From a virus: a DNA stretch of 64,000 nt. The notes under the pieces were generated by a model, which saw nothing but the letters and a program-made list of their open reading frames with translations, was not told the origin of the DNA and ran no database searches. The translations under genes and the position numbers were made by a program. The DNA lies in the IMG/VR virus record IMGVR_UViG_3300043331_000441, positions 66,557-130,556 of that record; one strand, given 5' to 3'. How positions within the stretch are numbered: position 1 is the first letter of the stretch; every line of letters starts with the position of its first letter. Positions 11,342 to 21,520 of this stretch are shown here, piece after piece.

Positions 11342-11775
11342 ACTGTCATCTGTACCGGCCAATAGACGTACACATCGCCATCATCGAGTGGATTCACAGA
11401 CATCACTCCTGCATACCAATCTGTACCTCCGCCGAAAACCGGGAACGTATAATCGAAACTGATTGCCCTGTACGCGACGGGCAGAGTGAACGCGACGGTT
11501 CCAGTGACAGCTCCTGCCGTGAGATCAAGACGGCCGATGAACTCAGTAAAGCCATCGATTCCATGGCGAAATGCACAGTACGCCGTCCCGTACTGGGTAA
11601 AGCTGTTTTTCCAGACAGGCGATTCCCATGTCTCGCCTGGCGCAACGTCGCCCGTGCCCCCGCTGACGTAGATGTAGGGGCCGGGCAGCACGGGCTTTCG
11701 CTGTTCGCGCCTGACGGCCTGGCGGTTCTCCTTGATTCTTCCGTACGCCTGCTTGGGGCGAAGTGGTTGTGCCAT
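11338..11775 (-). CDS. minor tail protein
   Basis: 145 aa; W.N...Y....FR...DG...G.....G....FTLP..YR motif typical of tail-tip beta-sandwich proteins. Confidence 0.7.
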   Translation of the reverse strand: MAQPLRPKQAYGRIKENRQAVRREQRKPVLPGPYIYVSGGTGDVAPGETWESPVWKNSFTQYGTAYCAFRHGIDGFTEFIGRLDLTAGAVTGTVAFTLPVAYRAISFDYTFPVFGGGTDWYAGVMSVNPLDDGDVYVYWPVQMTV

Positions 11776-12992
11776 TAGAGACCGTCCGGCGATCCGATGA
11801 TGTCCGTGTATTCCGCAACACCATCTGCGTCGATGTTGATTTCGTATTCATACACGAGCAGGGAGCCTGAGTATCCACCTGCCAGGCGTGAGCCAGCTGC
11901 AACAGAGATCAGATCGCCGACAGCAAAACTCGCGCCGCCACCGCTTGCACGCTCTGGCTTGATACCAACAAATGTGCGCGGGACGGCCCGTAGATATGCC
12001 TCGTTAGCGAACATCTCCTCGAACAATGGACGCGCTGTGGTCTGCTCATCCTCGTTCGCATCGTGGATCTGGATTTCCTGCATATAGCCATAGGATCCAC
12101 GTGATCCCATCCAGCGTGCCACGAGACCGGCGGGCCACAACGGACCTGGCTCACCGCCATCTCCATCCGGGCCAGCGTTAGGCGCGGTTGGTGTGATCGA
12201 ACCAGCCCAATGGGCAATGTCATTCGCGTTCCAGGGGCGCTTCGGCCCGAGCAGATACCAAAGAGCGTTGATCACTTCTTCCATGTCCACGGTGCGTTGC
12301 GCGGACTGCGAGTTAAAGGCGCCCGTCTGGTACTGGATCGCGACCGAGCCAGTGAGGTCGTTGACGAAACCACCGTTCGTTAGATCGACCGTGCAGGAAC
12401 CGAATCCTGGATTGACCAAGATGTTGAGTTGCCCAGTGCTCAGCAATGTGTCCGCCAGTTCCTGGAGGTTCATCGGCCAGTCAGCGGGCAGTCCTGTCAT
12501 GTCTGGCCCGCCTGCCGCGACTGAATTCACACCCACCGGAAACGACGTCCCTCCGGGGGCGAGCAGATCACAGTCATTGGCAGCTTCGATGAACGCAGCC
12601 ATGATCGCGGGCGCGGTCACATTGTCTGTGATCACCGCAGTTGGATTGGCAAGGTTGCACGGTCCTGGCGCGACCGACATGTTGAAACGATCGACTGCCC
12701 CGTAGCCAGTACCTGACTTGCACATGCGCTTGCTGAGATAGATCAGATGGTCGTAGGCCGTAATCTGCAAGTAGGTGGCGTTCTCGTCACCCTCAACTTC
12801 CGTGTACCAAATCGGCCCCGAGAACAGCAGGCCACCGTTCGAGAGATGCATCTCGCTTGTCCCGACGTTCGCCGTCACAAGATGGCCCGGCACACGCACG
12901 ACAAGACTTGCGGGACGATTCAGCTTCGGACGCCAGGTGATCTGCTGGCAGTACGGAGTGATGTTCGTCCCATCGATATCTACAGACCACAT
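11775..12992 (-). CDS. minor tail / baseplate hub (Tal-like) protein
   Basis: 405 aa directly after the Dit-like gene; C-terminal F.VGDLISV motif. Confidence 0.75.
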   Translation of the reverse strand: MWSVDIDGTNITPYCQQITWRPKLNRPASLVVRVPGHLVTANVGTSEMHLSNGGLLFSGPIWYTEVEGDENATYLQITAYDHLIYLSKRMCKSGTGYGAVDRFNMSVAPGPCNLANPTAVITDNVTAPAIMAAFIEAANDCDLLAPGGTSFPVGVNSVAAGGPDMTGLPADWPMNLQELADTLLSTGQLNILVNPGFGSCTVDLTNGGFVNDLTGSVAIQYQTGAFNSQSAQRTVDMEEVINALWYLLGPKRPWNANDIAHWAGSITPTAPNAGPDGDGGEPGPLWPAGLVARWMGSRGSYGYMQEIQIHDANEDEQTTARPLFEEMFANEAYLRAVPRTFVGIKPERASGGGASFAVGDLISVAAGSRLAGGYSGSLLVYEYEINIDADGVAEYTDIIGSPDGL

Positions 12993-12993
12993 C

Positions 12994-13461
12994 TCAGCTA
13001 ATCGTGGGGTCAGCCGCTACAAGGGTGAACGAGAATGACTTCTCAAGCATGTTCCCAGAGGTCTGGAACTCTCCACCCTCAGTGCCATACGTGCAGCTGA
13101 TCGAGTGCGCCCCGCCACCAGTTTCCGTCCAGGATAGGGTGGCTGCTGAATTCAATTGTGCTTCCAACGCAGACTTTGCATTACTGATCACTGCGTTGAC
13201 AGCTGCGATATAAGCACTATCACTGATATCTGCCACCGATCTGATCAGCACCTTGCCCGTGAATGTAATCACGCGCGGGCCGAAGAACGCGGCATGCACA
13301 ATCCCGCCATCAGATTGCCCCTGTGGGTCGATCTGCTTGCGAATCGGTGCGCCGTCCAAACCCTGGATGTCTCCACCTTCAAAATCGGTGTGGAGCGTGT
13401 CACCACTCGTTGCATTGACTGTTAGCGAGCCAAAGGTGTACTGAACGCAGGTATCTGCCAC
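12994..13461 (-). CDS. distal tail (Dit-like) protein
   Basis: 155 aa right after the tape measure; IQGLDGAPIR...DG....FGPRVITF.G...F.F.L.A.DP. Confidence 0.75.
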   Translation of the reverse strand: MADTCVQYTFGSLTVNATSGDTLHTDFEGGDIQGLDGAPIRKQIDPQGQSDGGIVHAAFFGPRVITFTGKVLIRSVADISDSAYIAAVNAVISNAKSALEAQLNSAATLSWTETGGGAHSISCTYGTEGGEFQTSGNMLEKSFSFTLVAADPTIS

Positions 13462-13463
13462 AA

Positions 13464-16400
13464 CTAGCCTTCCTGCGCTCCACGAGCGGCGTGAGACTCA
13501 ACGAACCAGCGGCGACCGGCCCATGGATTGCCCTTCGTCTGCTTGACCGTGCCCGCGCCCTTGCCATTCGTTGTGTCATTACCGCTCTCGCTGAGGATCA
13601 CCTGCGTCAACTTGTCCAACGCCGCGATCAGAGAGTCGTTCGACGAGATCTGCTTATCGACGTCGGACCGCTTAAAGCGGAACCCGCCACGCACCGGGTC
13701 TTCAAGTGGTCCGCGCCCCGGAGCGAAGGCTCCGGTCGCGCCAGCACCCTGACGCCGCTTGAGGAACTGCGCGATATCCGCCGTGAAGCCAGTCGGGCCA
13801 GCAAACGGCTGATCGACATTGATCAAATTCCCGGCGATCTCGTTGAACCTGTCCGAGAACTGCTTCAACAGATCGAACGCGGTCGTGCCCTGCTTCGCCT
13901 TATCCGCGGCGTCTTCGAGCACGTTCTTGCGCTCGATCAACCAGTTGTTCAGCTCTGTGCGCAGCGCCGTTGTATCGCGTCCCGCCTTCTTCGCGGCAGC
14001 AATCTGTTTCGCGGTGTTCTTGATCTCAGCGTCGATCGCCTTGAGCAACGGATTCTTGTTGCCCGTCAGCTCGAACACTGAGCGCGCGAAGTCAACCTGT
14101 CCCTGGAGGCGATCCTCAAACAGCTGGTCGCGATCGTCGCGAAGTTTGTTGCGCTCCTCGACCGCCTTGCGTAGCAGGGCGCCCTCGACCCTGCCAAGAC
14201 GGATCATTTCGTTGAGCTTCTTGATCCGCGCGTTGGTGATTCTGATCTGGCCGGTGATGTCACCGACGGCCTGGGCCGCGTTCAGTCGCGTCTCGAACCG
14301 ACTCTGCTGACGTTCAAAGCGCTGCTCCGCCATTTGCTGTTCGAGCGATGCAATGTTGTTATCGATCTGCTCAAGCGTGGTTCGCCTCTGATCGATCTGC
14401 TGTTCAGCAACCTTTCGGTCCTTGATGCCCTCATCAATGAGCGCAATCTCACGTACAGTACGTGCACGCTGGGCACGAAGAACCGCAAGATTGTCAGCAA
14501 GATCTGTGGTTTTCTCAGCGCGGATCGATCGTCTCTCTAGGCGCGATTGCGCTGGTTGTAGGGCATCAAGGAATGCCTGATCAGCCTTATCGCGCGACTC
14601 TTGAATATCATCGGCCTTTTGCTTTGCGTCAGCGGTGATCTGATCGTTGTTGGACTTGATCTGCCCCGCAAGCTGTGCCTGATCTGCCAAGGCGGTCGAA
14701 AGCTCCTTCTTCGCTCGCGCTCGTGCCTTGCTCGGACCCTTTGGCAGCGTGCCCAAACGTTCAGTGGCGACTCTTTCCCGGCGCCTCGCGTCGGCAAGCT
14801 GCTTTTCGAGAACAGCGTTTTGCTGCGCGGGGCCACCACCAGCGATCAGCACGCGGTTCATTTCGTCGATCAACGCCTGGGCGCCCTGATTGATCGTGGC
14901 GAGCGAACCAAGGAACGCCTGTGTCAGACCTCGTTGCAGCGATTTCCCAAATTCCTCACCAGTCAGCTCGCCTGTATGGGAGAACCGTTCGCTGCTCGTG
15001 GTCGACGCCACCGCCAGCCGGTTGTAAAAGCTCTTTGTGAGGCCAAAGACATCTGCCCCGGCAAGCTTCCGCTGCAAACCATCAATGACCGCCTGTCCAG
15101 CATCCGACCCTGCCTGCCCGCCCAGATTCGCAGGCAATTTAACATCAGGAACCGTGAAAGGAATCTTGATTGGCTTTTGATTGGCAAGCTTCTGCAGTCG
15201 ATCGATGAGAGGCCCGAGACCCTTGGCAAATTTCTGTTCCTCTTTTGTTCCTTGAGACAGTTCTCCCTGCATCTTTTGCAGACGCACGATTGCCTCGTTG
15301 AACCCAGGAAGATCAGGCTGCTCATTTAGCCTGTCGAGAACCTTTTGTACTTCCTTACTTGCATCCCTTGCGAAGAAACCGAGCTTTTCCAGGCCCTTCC
15401 CCACTGGATCAAGCGCAACCAGTGTTGCGGCTGGACTAACTGCCGCACCCGCAACGATAGGAGCGATCTTCTTCGCGTTCTTTTCTAGGAAACTACTCGT
15501 CTGCTTATCGACTTCTCCGGTATCAATTGGTCCCAATTTGATTTGTGGAACACTTCCCGCGATCCTCTTGGCATTATTGATTAGATCGCGGATCGCCTCG
15601 TTGGTTGCGTTGACGTTAGATGCAACTTGTCCTATCGTGTTGGCAAATAACGTAAGCGGACCAGCAACTACATTCCCAAGAGCTAGGCCCAACGTTGAAA
15701 GCTGATTTTTGAGATTCTCTGCTGCTCCAGCAAGTCCAGACATCCGAGCCGCAGCCAAGTTGGCTGCTGTGCCGGTCTTCTCTAGGCTCGTGATCTGGGC
15801 ATTGAGGCCGGATGCGCCAGAACGCGCAAGAATCGCTGCACCGCGAATGGCATCCTGTCCGAAGATGACGGCGAGCGCCTGGTCGCGCTGCGCCTTGGTC
15901 AGATCTCGCGTTTTTTGGGCGAACTCATCAAATACATTGAGATTAATTCCGCCAGTTGCCGTGCGCAAATTAAGACCAAGTTCGTCGATGACCTTTTGAG
16001 CCTTCGTTGTCGGATTGATCAGCCTGATCAATGCGGTGCGGAACGATGTACCAGCGTCTGAGCCACGCAACCCAGCGCGAGCAAACAGCGTTAGGGCGGC
16101 AACGGTCTGCTCCAGTGACAGGCCCGCCTGACGGGCAACCGCTGCCGATTGGCTGAGCGCAGTACCAATATCAACGATCGACCCCTGCGAGTCATTAGCA
16201 GCATTTGCCAATGTGTCTGCGACCCTGACGGCCTGATCACCGGCAAGACCGAAAGCGTTGAGCGCTGATGCGGCTAGCTCGGTTGCCTCGGCATTGTCGA
16301 TCCCCGCAGCGGTAGCCAATTGCAGCACTCCACGGACACCATCGATCGAGTCCTGCACACTAAGTCCAGCCTTGGAAAGCTCGGTCATTCCTTCTGCCGC

Positions 16401-18167
16401 GCTCTGAGCACTAACGCCAGGCAACGACACATCAGCACCAAGTTGGCGGGCCGTTTCGGTGACGCGAGTCATTTCGTCGGCCGTTGCGCCCGCAGTCACC
16501 CTGAAGGTATTCAGTGTTGACGAAAACTTTGCTGCCAGGCCGACTGACTTAGCGAGCGTGATGAGCGCAGCTGATGTTCCCAAGAATGCAGCATTTGCCG
16601 CCAGCGCAGATCCACGCAAGCCGAGCAAGCTCAATGTATTGGCAAGAATTGATTCTTTGACACTCTTATTTGCCGCAACTCTCGCCGCTGCCGATCCAAG
16701 CTCTGCTGTCGTTGCCTTTGTGGTTTCGATCTGTGACCGTGCGCGAAGAAGAATATTCTCCTGGAGAAGAGGATTCTGAATTTGGAGCGCCAGTGTCTCT
16801 GCCTCAAGAGCCTTTGCAGCAGCAGCTCTAGAGAGACGCAATCGCTGGTTGGCTGCATCTTCTTCGCTCTTAGCGCCGACAATTTCTCCTGTTGATAGCG
16901 CTGCCTTCTGAGCTGAAACGGCGATAGCTGATTCGGCCTTTTGCAGCGTTCTCAAATCCGCGGCTGAAGCGAGAGTTCTTGTCTTGGTGGCCTCAGCTGC
17001 AGCGGTGCCAGCCTTGGTTGAGGCGATCAGCTCCTTGTTTCCCGTGTCTGTCGCTAGGGCGGCTGCCTTTTCTGCGGCTGCAACTCCAGCCGAGGCAACA
17101 GACCGAGCTTTATCTAGTTCAGCCTTCCGTTCAGACAGTGACAGGCCCGCGGCCAGTGACGCCTGGAGTCTTTTCTCTGCATCGGCCTGGAGTTCAGCAG
17201 ACCTTGCAACGTTGGTGGCGATAGGATCCTTTACCGCGGTTTGCGCGACGCCTCTACCTGCCGCCGTAGACGCCTTTTGTGTCGCGTCGACTACCCGAAG
17301 GGTGCTCTTTGTCTTAGCGATATCTGCCGCAAGGCTGTCTTTCATCTCGCGCGCGTTGCGCGCCAATGCAAGATTCTGCTCCGCGAGCGCCGCTTCGTAC
17401 GCCTTAGCAGCGCCCCTCGCTGCGATCTGCTGTCTTGCGAGCGCTTCTGAGAGACGTTCTTGTCGTGTTGCTCCACTCGGAGCCTGACGCGCAAAAGCAG
17501 TCTTTGTGAGGGCTTCTTGGAAACGAGTCTCTGCCACCGTCGCTCTCTTGGTGGCGGCTGTTGTCTTATCTCTTGCTTTTGCGGTTTCTTCTGCCGCCTT
17601 TGTGGATTGGGCCAACGCCGGGGCGGCGGACACCGGTGTGGCGACTACTACTGGCTGTGGTGCAGCTGCTGGTGCTGCCGTCCTCGTGGTGGCTGCCGCC
17701 GCGCCAGCAGCCGGGGCAACCGGTGCGACCACTCCCGTAGACGACGCTTTGACTTCCGTTCTGAGCCTTTCCCTGAACCCCTTCAGATCTGGAACGACAC
17801 GCACGCGAGCGACGACAGTCGCCGATGACTTGTTGACTCCCTCACGGAGGCTCTTCTGGAATCCCGTCATCGACGGGACGGCATTTACCGTGACCGTGAA
17901 CGGGATCTCTTGGGCCGCGGCCGCGGCACGCTTGACCCCGAACATGAAGGCCCTGGTGTCAGCCTCGACGATTACTTTCGCGCGAACGAACTTGTTCGTC
18001 TCGGCAGTGACTTCGCGAACCTGTGAGCGGAAGAGCTTCGTATCTGCCCGGACGATGATCGTCGCGGTCTTACGCTCGATCGCCTCGATGTCCTTCTTGA
18101 TGCGGAAGAAGAACGGCCGAGTGTCGGCCCTAACGACGATTGTGGATTCGCCGATGAACTCGGACAT
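13464..18167 (-). CDS. tape measure protein (TP901-type core)
   Basis: 1567 aa, Ala-rich helical; ARQLGAD..SAQSAAEGM.ELSKAG.S....GV..LATA...GLRGSDAGTSFR core; follows the chaperone pair. Confidence 0.95.
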   Translation of the reverse strand: MSEFIGESTIVVRADTRPFFFRIKKDIEAIERKTATIIVRADTKLFRSQVREVTAETNKFVRAKVIVEADTRAFMFGVKRAAAAAQEIPFTVTVNAVPSMTGFQKSLREGVNKSSATVVARVRVVPDLKGFRERLRTEVKASSTGVVAPVAPAAGAAAATTRTAAPAAAPQPVVVATPVSAAPALAQSTKAAEETAKARDKTTAATKRATVAETRFQEALTKTAFARQAPSGATRQERLSEALARQQIAARGAAKAYEAALAEQNLALARNAREMKDSLAADIAKTKSTLRVVDATQKASTAAGRGVAQTAVKDPIATNVARSAELQADAEKRLQASLAAGLSLSERKAELDKARSVASAGVAAAEKAAALATDTGNKELIASTKAGTAAAEATKTRTLASAADLRTLQKAESAIAVSAQKAALSTGEIVGAKSEEDAANQRLRLSRAAAAKALEAETLALQIQNPLLQENILLRARSQIETTKATTAELGSAAARVAANKSVKESILANTLSLLGLRGSALAANAAFLGTSAALITLAKSVGLAAKFSSTLNTFRVTAGATADEMTRVTETARQLGADVSLPGVSAQSAAEGMTELSKAGLSVQDSIDGVRGVLQLATAAGIDNAEATELAASALNAFGLAGDQAVRVADTLANAANDSQGSIVDIGTALSQSAAVARQAGLSLEQTVAALTLFARAGLRGSDAGTSFRTALIRLINPTTKAQKVIDELGLNLRTATGGINLNVFDEFAQKTRDLTKAQRDQALAVIFGQDAIRGAAILARSGASGLNAQITSLEKTGTAANLAAARMSGLAGAAENLKNQLSTLGLALGNVVAGPLTLFANTIGQVASNVNATNEAIRDLINNAKRIAGSVPQIKLGPIDTGEVDKQTSSFLEKNAKKIAPIVAGAAVSPAATLVALDPVGKGLEKLGFFARDASKEVQKVLDRLNEQPDLPGFNEAIVRLQKMQGELSQGTKEEQKFAKGLGPLIDRLQKLANQKPIKIPFTVPDVKLPANLGGQAGSDAGQAVIDGLQRKLAGADVFGLTKSFYNRLAVASTTSSERFSHTGELTGEEFGKSLQRGLTQAFLGSLATINQGAQALIDEMNRVLIAGGGPAQQNAVLEKQLADARRRERVATERLGTLPKGPSKARARAKKELSTALADQAQLAGQIKSNNDQITADAKQKADDIQESRDKADQAFLDALQPAQSRLERRSIRAEKTTDLADNLAVLRAQRARTVREIALIDEGIKDRKVAEQQIDQRRTTLEQIDNNIASLEQQMAEQRFERQQSRFETRLNAAQAVGDITGQIRITNARIKKLNEMIRLGRVEGALLRKAVEERNKLRDDRDQLFEDRLQGQVDFARSVFELTGNKNPLLKAIDAEIKNTAKQIAAAKKAGRDTTALRTELNNWLIERKNVLEDAADKAKQGTTAFDLLKQFSDRFNEIAGNLINVDQPFAGPTGFTADIAQFLKRRQGAGATGAFAPGRGPLEDPVRGGFRFKRSDVDKQISSNDSLIAALDKLTQVILSESGNDTTNGKGAGTVKQTKGNPWAGRRWFVESHAARGAQEG

Positions 18168-18511
18168 CAGCCCTTAGGACCTCCAAAATCAGAACTCTGC
18201 ATCAGGGCCTGCAACATCGCCATCGAGGCATCGTTATCTGGCGCCCTCGGCGCAGGCTGCGCTTCACCAGTTTCACCGAGCTTCGAGTTGAGTTCATCCA
18301 TTGCCTCTTGAAACTTCATTCCGTAGTCCCGATACACCTCGATGATTAGCACCCGTGCCACATCAATGACGAGCGGGAATCTCACGCTGGCGGGATCGTG
18401 CCCCGCCAGCACAAGGCGTCCGTTTACGTAGCCGCGATTCGCTGCTGCCCATCCTCCGAGGGCTGAAGCTGCTCGGTAGGGGTTGGCGCGGAGGTGGTCT
18501 CCAGCAGCCAC
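18167..18511 (-). CDS. tail assembly chaperone, -1 frameshift extension (G-T)
   Basis: Overlaps the end of the chaperone in the -1 frame; candidate slip site CCA-ACC-CCT-ACC at ~18477-18485; ends at the TMP start. Confidence 0.7.
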   Translation of the reverse strand: MAAGDHLRANPYRAASALGGWAAANRGYVNGRLVLAGHDPASVRFPLVIDVARVLIIEVYRDYGMKFQEAMDELNSKLGETGEAQPAPRAPDNDASMAMLQALMQSSDFGGPKG

Positions 18512-18810
18512 CGATACAATTCAGCGTAGTGAGAGTGCGGAATCGGATTCTTCTTCCGCTTGGTTAGAGAGCGCCAACGGGCCACGCCGTCGTTGAAATC
18601 AGGGTCGATGAACAACTCGATCCTCTTGATGAAATCAGTGATTGTGTCGAACACGGTTGGGTCGGCAACGACACCGTCACCGTTGGTCTCCAGATCCTGG
18701 TTGTCCTGGTCGAAGACCTTCGCGATGTCCTCCCAATAGGGATAGATCCAGCGGAACACCTCTCCGCCGATCTCGAACTCGCGGTCCTCCACTACCGTAA
18801 ATCTCTTCAC
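18424..18810 (-). CDS. tail assembly chaperone (G)
   Basis: GTG 18810 with GGAGG; position between the terminator gene and TMP. Confidence 0.75.
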   Translation of the reverse strand: MKRFTVVEDREFEIGGEVFRWIYPYWEDIAKVFDQDNQDLETNGDGVVADPTVFDTITDFIKRIELFIDPDFNDGVARWRSLTKRKKNPIPHSHYAELYRWLLETTSAPTPTEQLQPSEDGQQRIAAT

Positions 18811-18835
18811 TTCATGCCCTCCCTGAGAGCGTTGA

Positions 18836-19366
18836 TTAGGTCCCCTGGACCACGTCGTAGCCGTCAAAACACACGGTGATTGACAGCCTGCTTCCACCAC
18901 AACCGCCATTCGGTTGCAACGGAGCGAGGGCGCCCCAGATCACATCGCAGCACCTGTCGAAAAGCTGTCCTTCTGCGATCAGGTGATAGAGGTGGTTCCA
19001 GAGTGCCCATTTGTCAGCATTGATCTGCGCGGCGGCCTCCTGTTGTTCGTTGGCTGGTGGTGGATTTCCATTGGTGTCAGGAACTGGCACACAACGAGAA
19101 GCTGTGACAGCGAGTTGGACGCGATTGATACGCGCGATGCTTGCGCGCGGCAAAGTCGGTGCAGAATCGCCTTCTGAGATCGGGGCGATATGTACGGCGA
19201 GCTGATCGCAGCAGTCGAGTGCGACTGGCCCAGGAGCGACAAACGACCTCGCTGGTGCGCCAGACAACGTGGCGTCGTAGCTGGGAATCGTGTCGAGAGC
19301 TTCAATACAGGCGTCGAGAAACTCTGTTGCCAGCTCGTGAAGATCTTGAGGGCCAATACCGCTCAC
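18836..19366 (-). CDS. tail terminator protein
   Basis: 176 aa; DCCDQLAV...RC.P...PP...A...D...L...GGC.G motif of actinophage terminators. Confidence 0.75.
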   Translation of the reverse strand: MSGIGPQDLHELATEFLDACIEALDTIPSYDATLSGAPARSFVAPGPVALDCCDQLAVHIAPISEGDSAPTLPRASIARINRVQLAVTASRCVPVPDTNGNPPPANEQQEAAAQINADKWALWNHLYHLIAEGQLFDRCCDVIWGALAPLQPNGGCGGSRLSITVCFDGYDVVQGT

Positions 19367-19765
19367 CTAGGCCGTCTCTAGCCTCGCGAATCGTCCTCCG
19401 CCTCCACGCGACACATGCGCACCATGGAACGCCGGGATTGAGGTCTGATAGTCAGCCTTCGCCTCTTCTAGCGCAGGTCTGAGCCAGACCTGCTCGTTGT
19501 CCTCCTTGGAGGCGAGATATGCGGAGAGTTTTCCGGTGTTACGGATCCCGATAAACGCTTCGAGGCCGACCGACGTTTCGATCACGTCGTAATCGACTGC
19601 ATCGAGAATTTCATCGATGTTGCCGGAGTAGTTGCGAAGGATTTCGCGCACGTTGTCCCGCGCGTTAGTAACGACATCTTCGGCAAAGGCTCTTACGGTC
19701 AGACCTACGGGGCCTTCTTCTGACGCCGTGAGAAAGATCATGTTGCTCTCGTTGAGCTTTGCCAT
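19367..19765 (-). CDS. neck / HK97-gp10-like tail completion protein
   Basis: 132 aa with C-terminal WLRPAL; sits between the adaptor and terminator genes. Confidence 0.6.
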   Translation of the reverse strand: MAKLNESNMIFLTASEEGPVGLTVRAFAEDVVTNARDNVREILRNYSGNIDEILDAVDYDVIETSVGLEAFIGIRNTGKLSAYLASKEDNEQVWLRPALEEAKADYQTSIPAFHGAHVSRGGGGRFARLETA

Positions 19766-20929
19766 TCAGACCCCGAGTTTCTTCGCGTAGCGATGGGCGT
19801 CCGGCGACCAGGTGCGAGGTCTCTGCTGCATGCCCGCCACTGCGAATGCGTTGAGGAAGACATCAACCGCAGGGATGCCTGTCGCCCAACCACTGACGTC
19901 GCTCTTGCCGTAGAACCAGGCAATCGTCGCGGACTTGTCGATCGTCACGCCCTGTCGTGTGACTCTGACCGCGTTTGCGGGAATCTCACAGTCGCCTGCT
20001 CCACCCAAACACGCCTGATAGAGCTGGCAGGCAAGCGCGTTTGCTGCCTGCACACCAACGGCAGGCGGGTTCTGCCCGTACGTGTATGTCACCGAGAAGG
20101 TGCCGTCTTCTGTATCGGGCAGATCAAGAGCCTGACATGACGGCCATGACAACACAGTCGTGGGGTCGGCTGGGTCACGTACCCGTACGAGCCAACGATG
20201 GTTGTCGAGCCGATAGGTGTCGGGATCAACGACGTCGCCGTCGATCTTGACCTGAGTGACTTCGCGAACGGGATAACCGGACAAGAGGACACGCGAAAGT
20301 GGGGCGCATCCACACGGGTCGTCGTCGCAGCCCCACGAGTTTCCAAGCCAATGCCATGGTGCAATGACATGTCCTCGCGAAAGCACCTGGATTCCGCAGC
20401 CGCAATTCGTTCGACAGGGGCGGACTGTCTTCGAGCAGAGCCCTGCAAAGAGACGCCCGGAGAGCGCGAACAGCACTTCCGAAGCAGCAACCACATGATC
20501 GTCGAGCGCGCTGAAGTCGGTGCCGACATCGACGCCGCAGCACGCCAACGCATCACTGCTTGTCGTCCACGCCGTGCACGGCCCGACCGCGAGGCCACCG
20601 TCATCGGGCGGAGGAATAGGCGGCAGCACCCCTGCCGAATCAGGGACAACGACAAGGTCTTCCGTGGAAACGGTCTTCGGGTCGAAAGAACCGTCGTATG
20701 ACCAAAGGATCGAATACTGGCCGTCTGTCCCCGGCGCTGCTGGTGCATTCCAGGTGTAGACACCCGTCGGCGAGCCGCCGACAATGTTCTCTGTGATGTT
20801 GAGAGTCGTCGGGCCGACGACCGTGACGCCATCGTTGTCGACGATCGAAACTTCAACTGTGCCAACGAGTCCGGTGATGCCGCTTTCGTAGACAGCCTCG
20901 AACGCCTGCGCCGCTCCGACGTAGATCAT
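19766..20929 (-). CDS. head-to-tail adaptor with an extra N-terminal Ig-like domain
   Basis: ASEVLFALSGR.F.G.C...VRPC..C.C...LA..L...C..C.IP.....RQGV motif; ~100-aa beta-rich N-terminal extension. Confidence 0.78.
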   Translation of the reverse strand: MIYVGAAQAFEAVYESGITGLVGTVEVSIVDNDGVTVVGPTTLNITENIVGGSPTGVYTWNAPAAPGTDGQYSILWSYDGSFDPKTVSTEDLVVVPDSAGVLPPIPPPDDGGLAVGPCTAWTTSSDALACCGVDVGTDFSALDDHVVAASEVLFALSGRLFAGLCSKTVRPCRTNCGCGIQVLSRGHVIAPWHWLGNSWGCDDDPCGCAPLSRVLLSGYPVREVTQVKIDGDVVDPDTYRLDNHRWLVRVRDPADPTTVLSWPSCQALDLPDTEDGTFSVTYTYGQNPPAVGVQAANALACQLYQACLGGAGDCEIPANAVRVTRQGVTIDKSATIAWFYGKSDVSGWATGIPAVDVFLNAFAVAGMQQRPRTWSPDAHRYAKKLGV

Positions 20930-20956
20930 GCACCCAGTGTAGGTCTGGATGCGGAC

Positions 20957-21520
20957 TTACTTCACACGCCGGAACGCGAGACCGCTGCGGAGAAAGTGGT
21001 TGTAGGGATCCGTGTTGATTGCGGCCAGACGGCGACTCTGTTCCGTGAGCTTCTCGTCGAGGAAGTAACCGACTGCCGCAAGCGCACCACACCAGTACGG
21101 TTTCGGCTGGCAATTCACGTGATGATGCCCGCCCTGTCCTGGTTCCGCGTGCGTCATGACGACCAGCGTGCAGTGCTGGAAGCTGTCGAGAATGTTGGGC
21201 ACGAACCGCTCTTCGACGTGCTCGACGAACTCGCACGACCAGCAGAGATCGAAGCTTCGCTCAAGCACGGGGGCGCCCCCGGTGTAGTCCCACTGCATGA
21301 TCTCGGGCGCGTCCTGGGGGACGCCGTCGATGCCGAGCACGTCGCAGCCGAGCTTCTGGAAATGCGCGACTGCCTGCCCGTCGCCACAGCCAACGTCGAG
21401 TACCGAACGAATCCCAAGTGTACGCACGAGCCAGTCCCACAGATCGGGGAACTGCGTCGCAGGATCACCACCGATGACGAAACCGCCGAGATGCTCAGCG
21501 ATGTCCGTACCAGCCGCCAT
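20957..21520 (-). CDS. class I SAM-dependent methyltransferase (glycan-associated type)
   Basis: SVLDVGCGDG motif I, FDL.WS.EFVEH, PGQGGHHHVN; start re-assigned to ATG 21520. Confidence 0.88.
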   Translation of the reverse strand: MAAGTDIAEHLGGFVIGGDPATQFPDLWDWLVRTLGIRSVLDVGCGDGQAVAHFQKLGCDVLGIDGVPQDAPEIMQWDYTGGAPVLERSFDLCWSCEFVEHVEERFVPNILDSFQHCTLVVMTHAEPGQGGHHHVNCQPKPYWCGALAAVGYFLDEKLTEQSRRLAAINTDPYNHFLRSGLAFRRVK

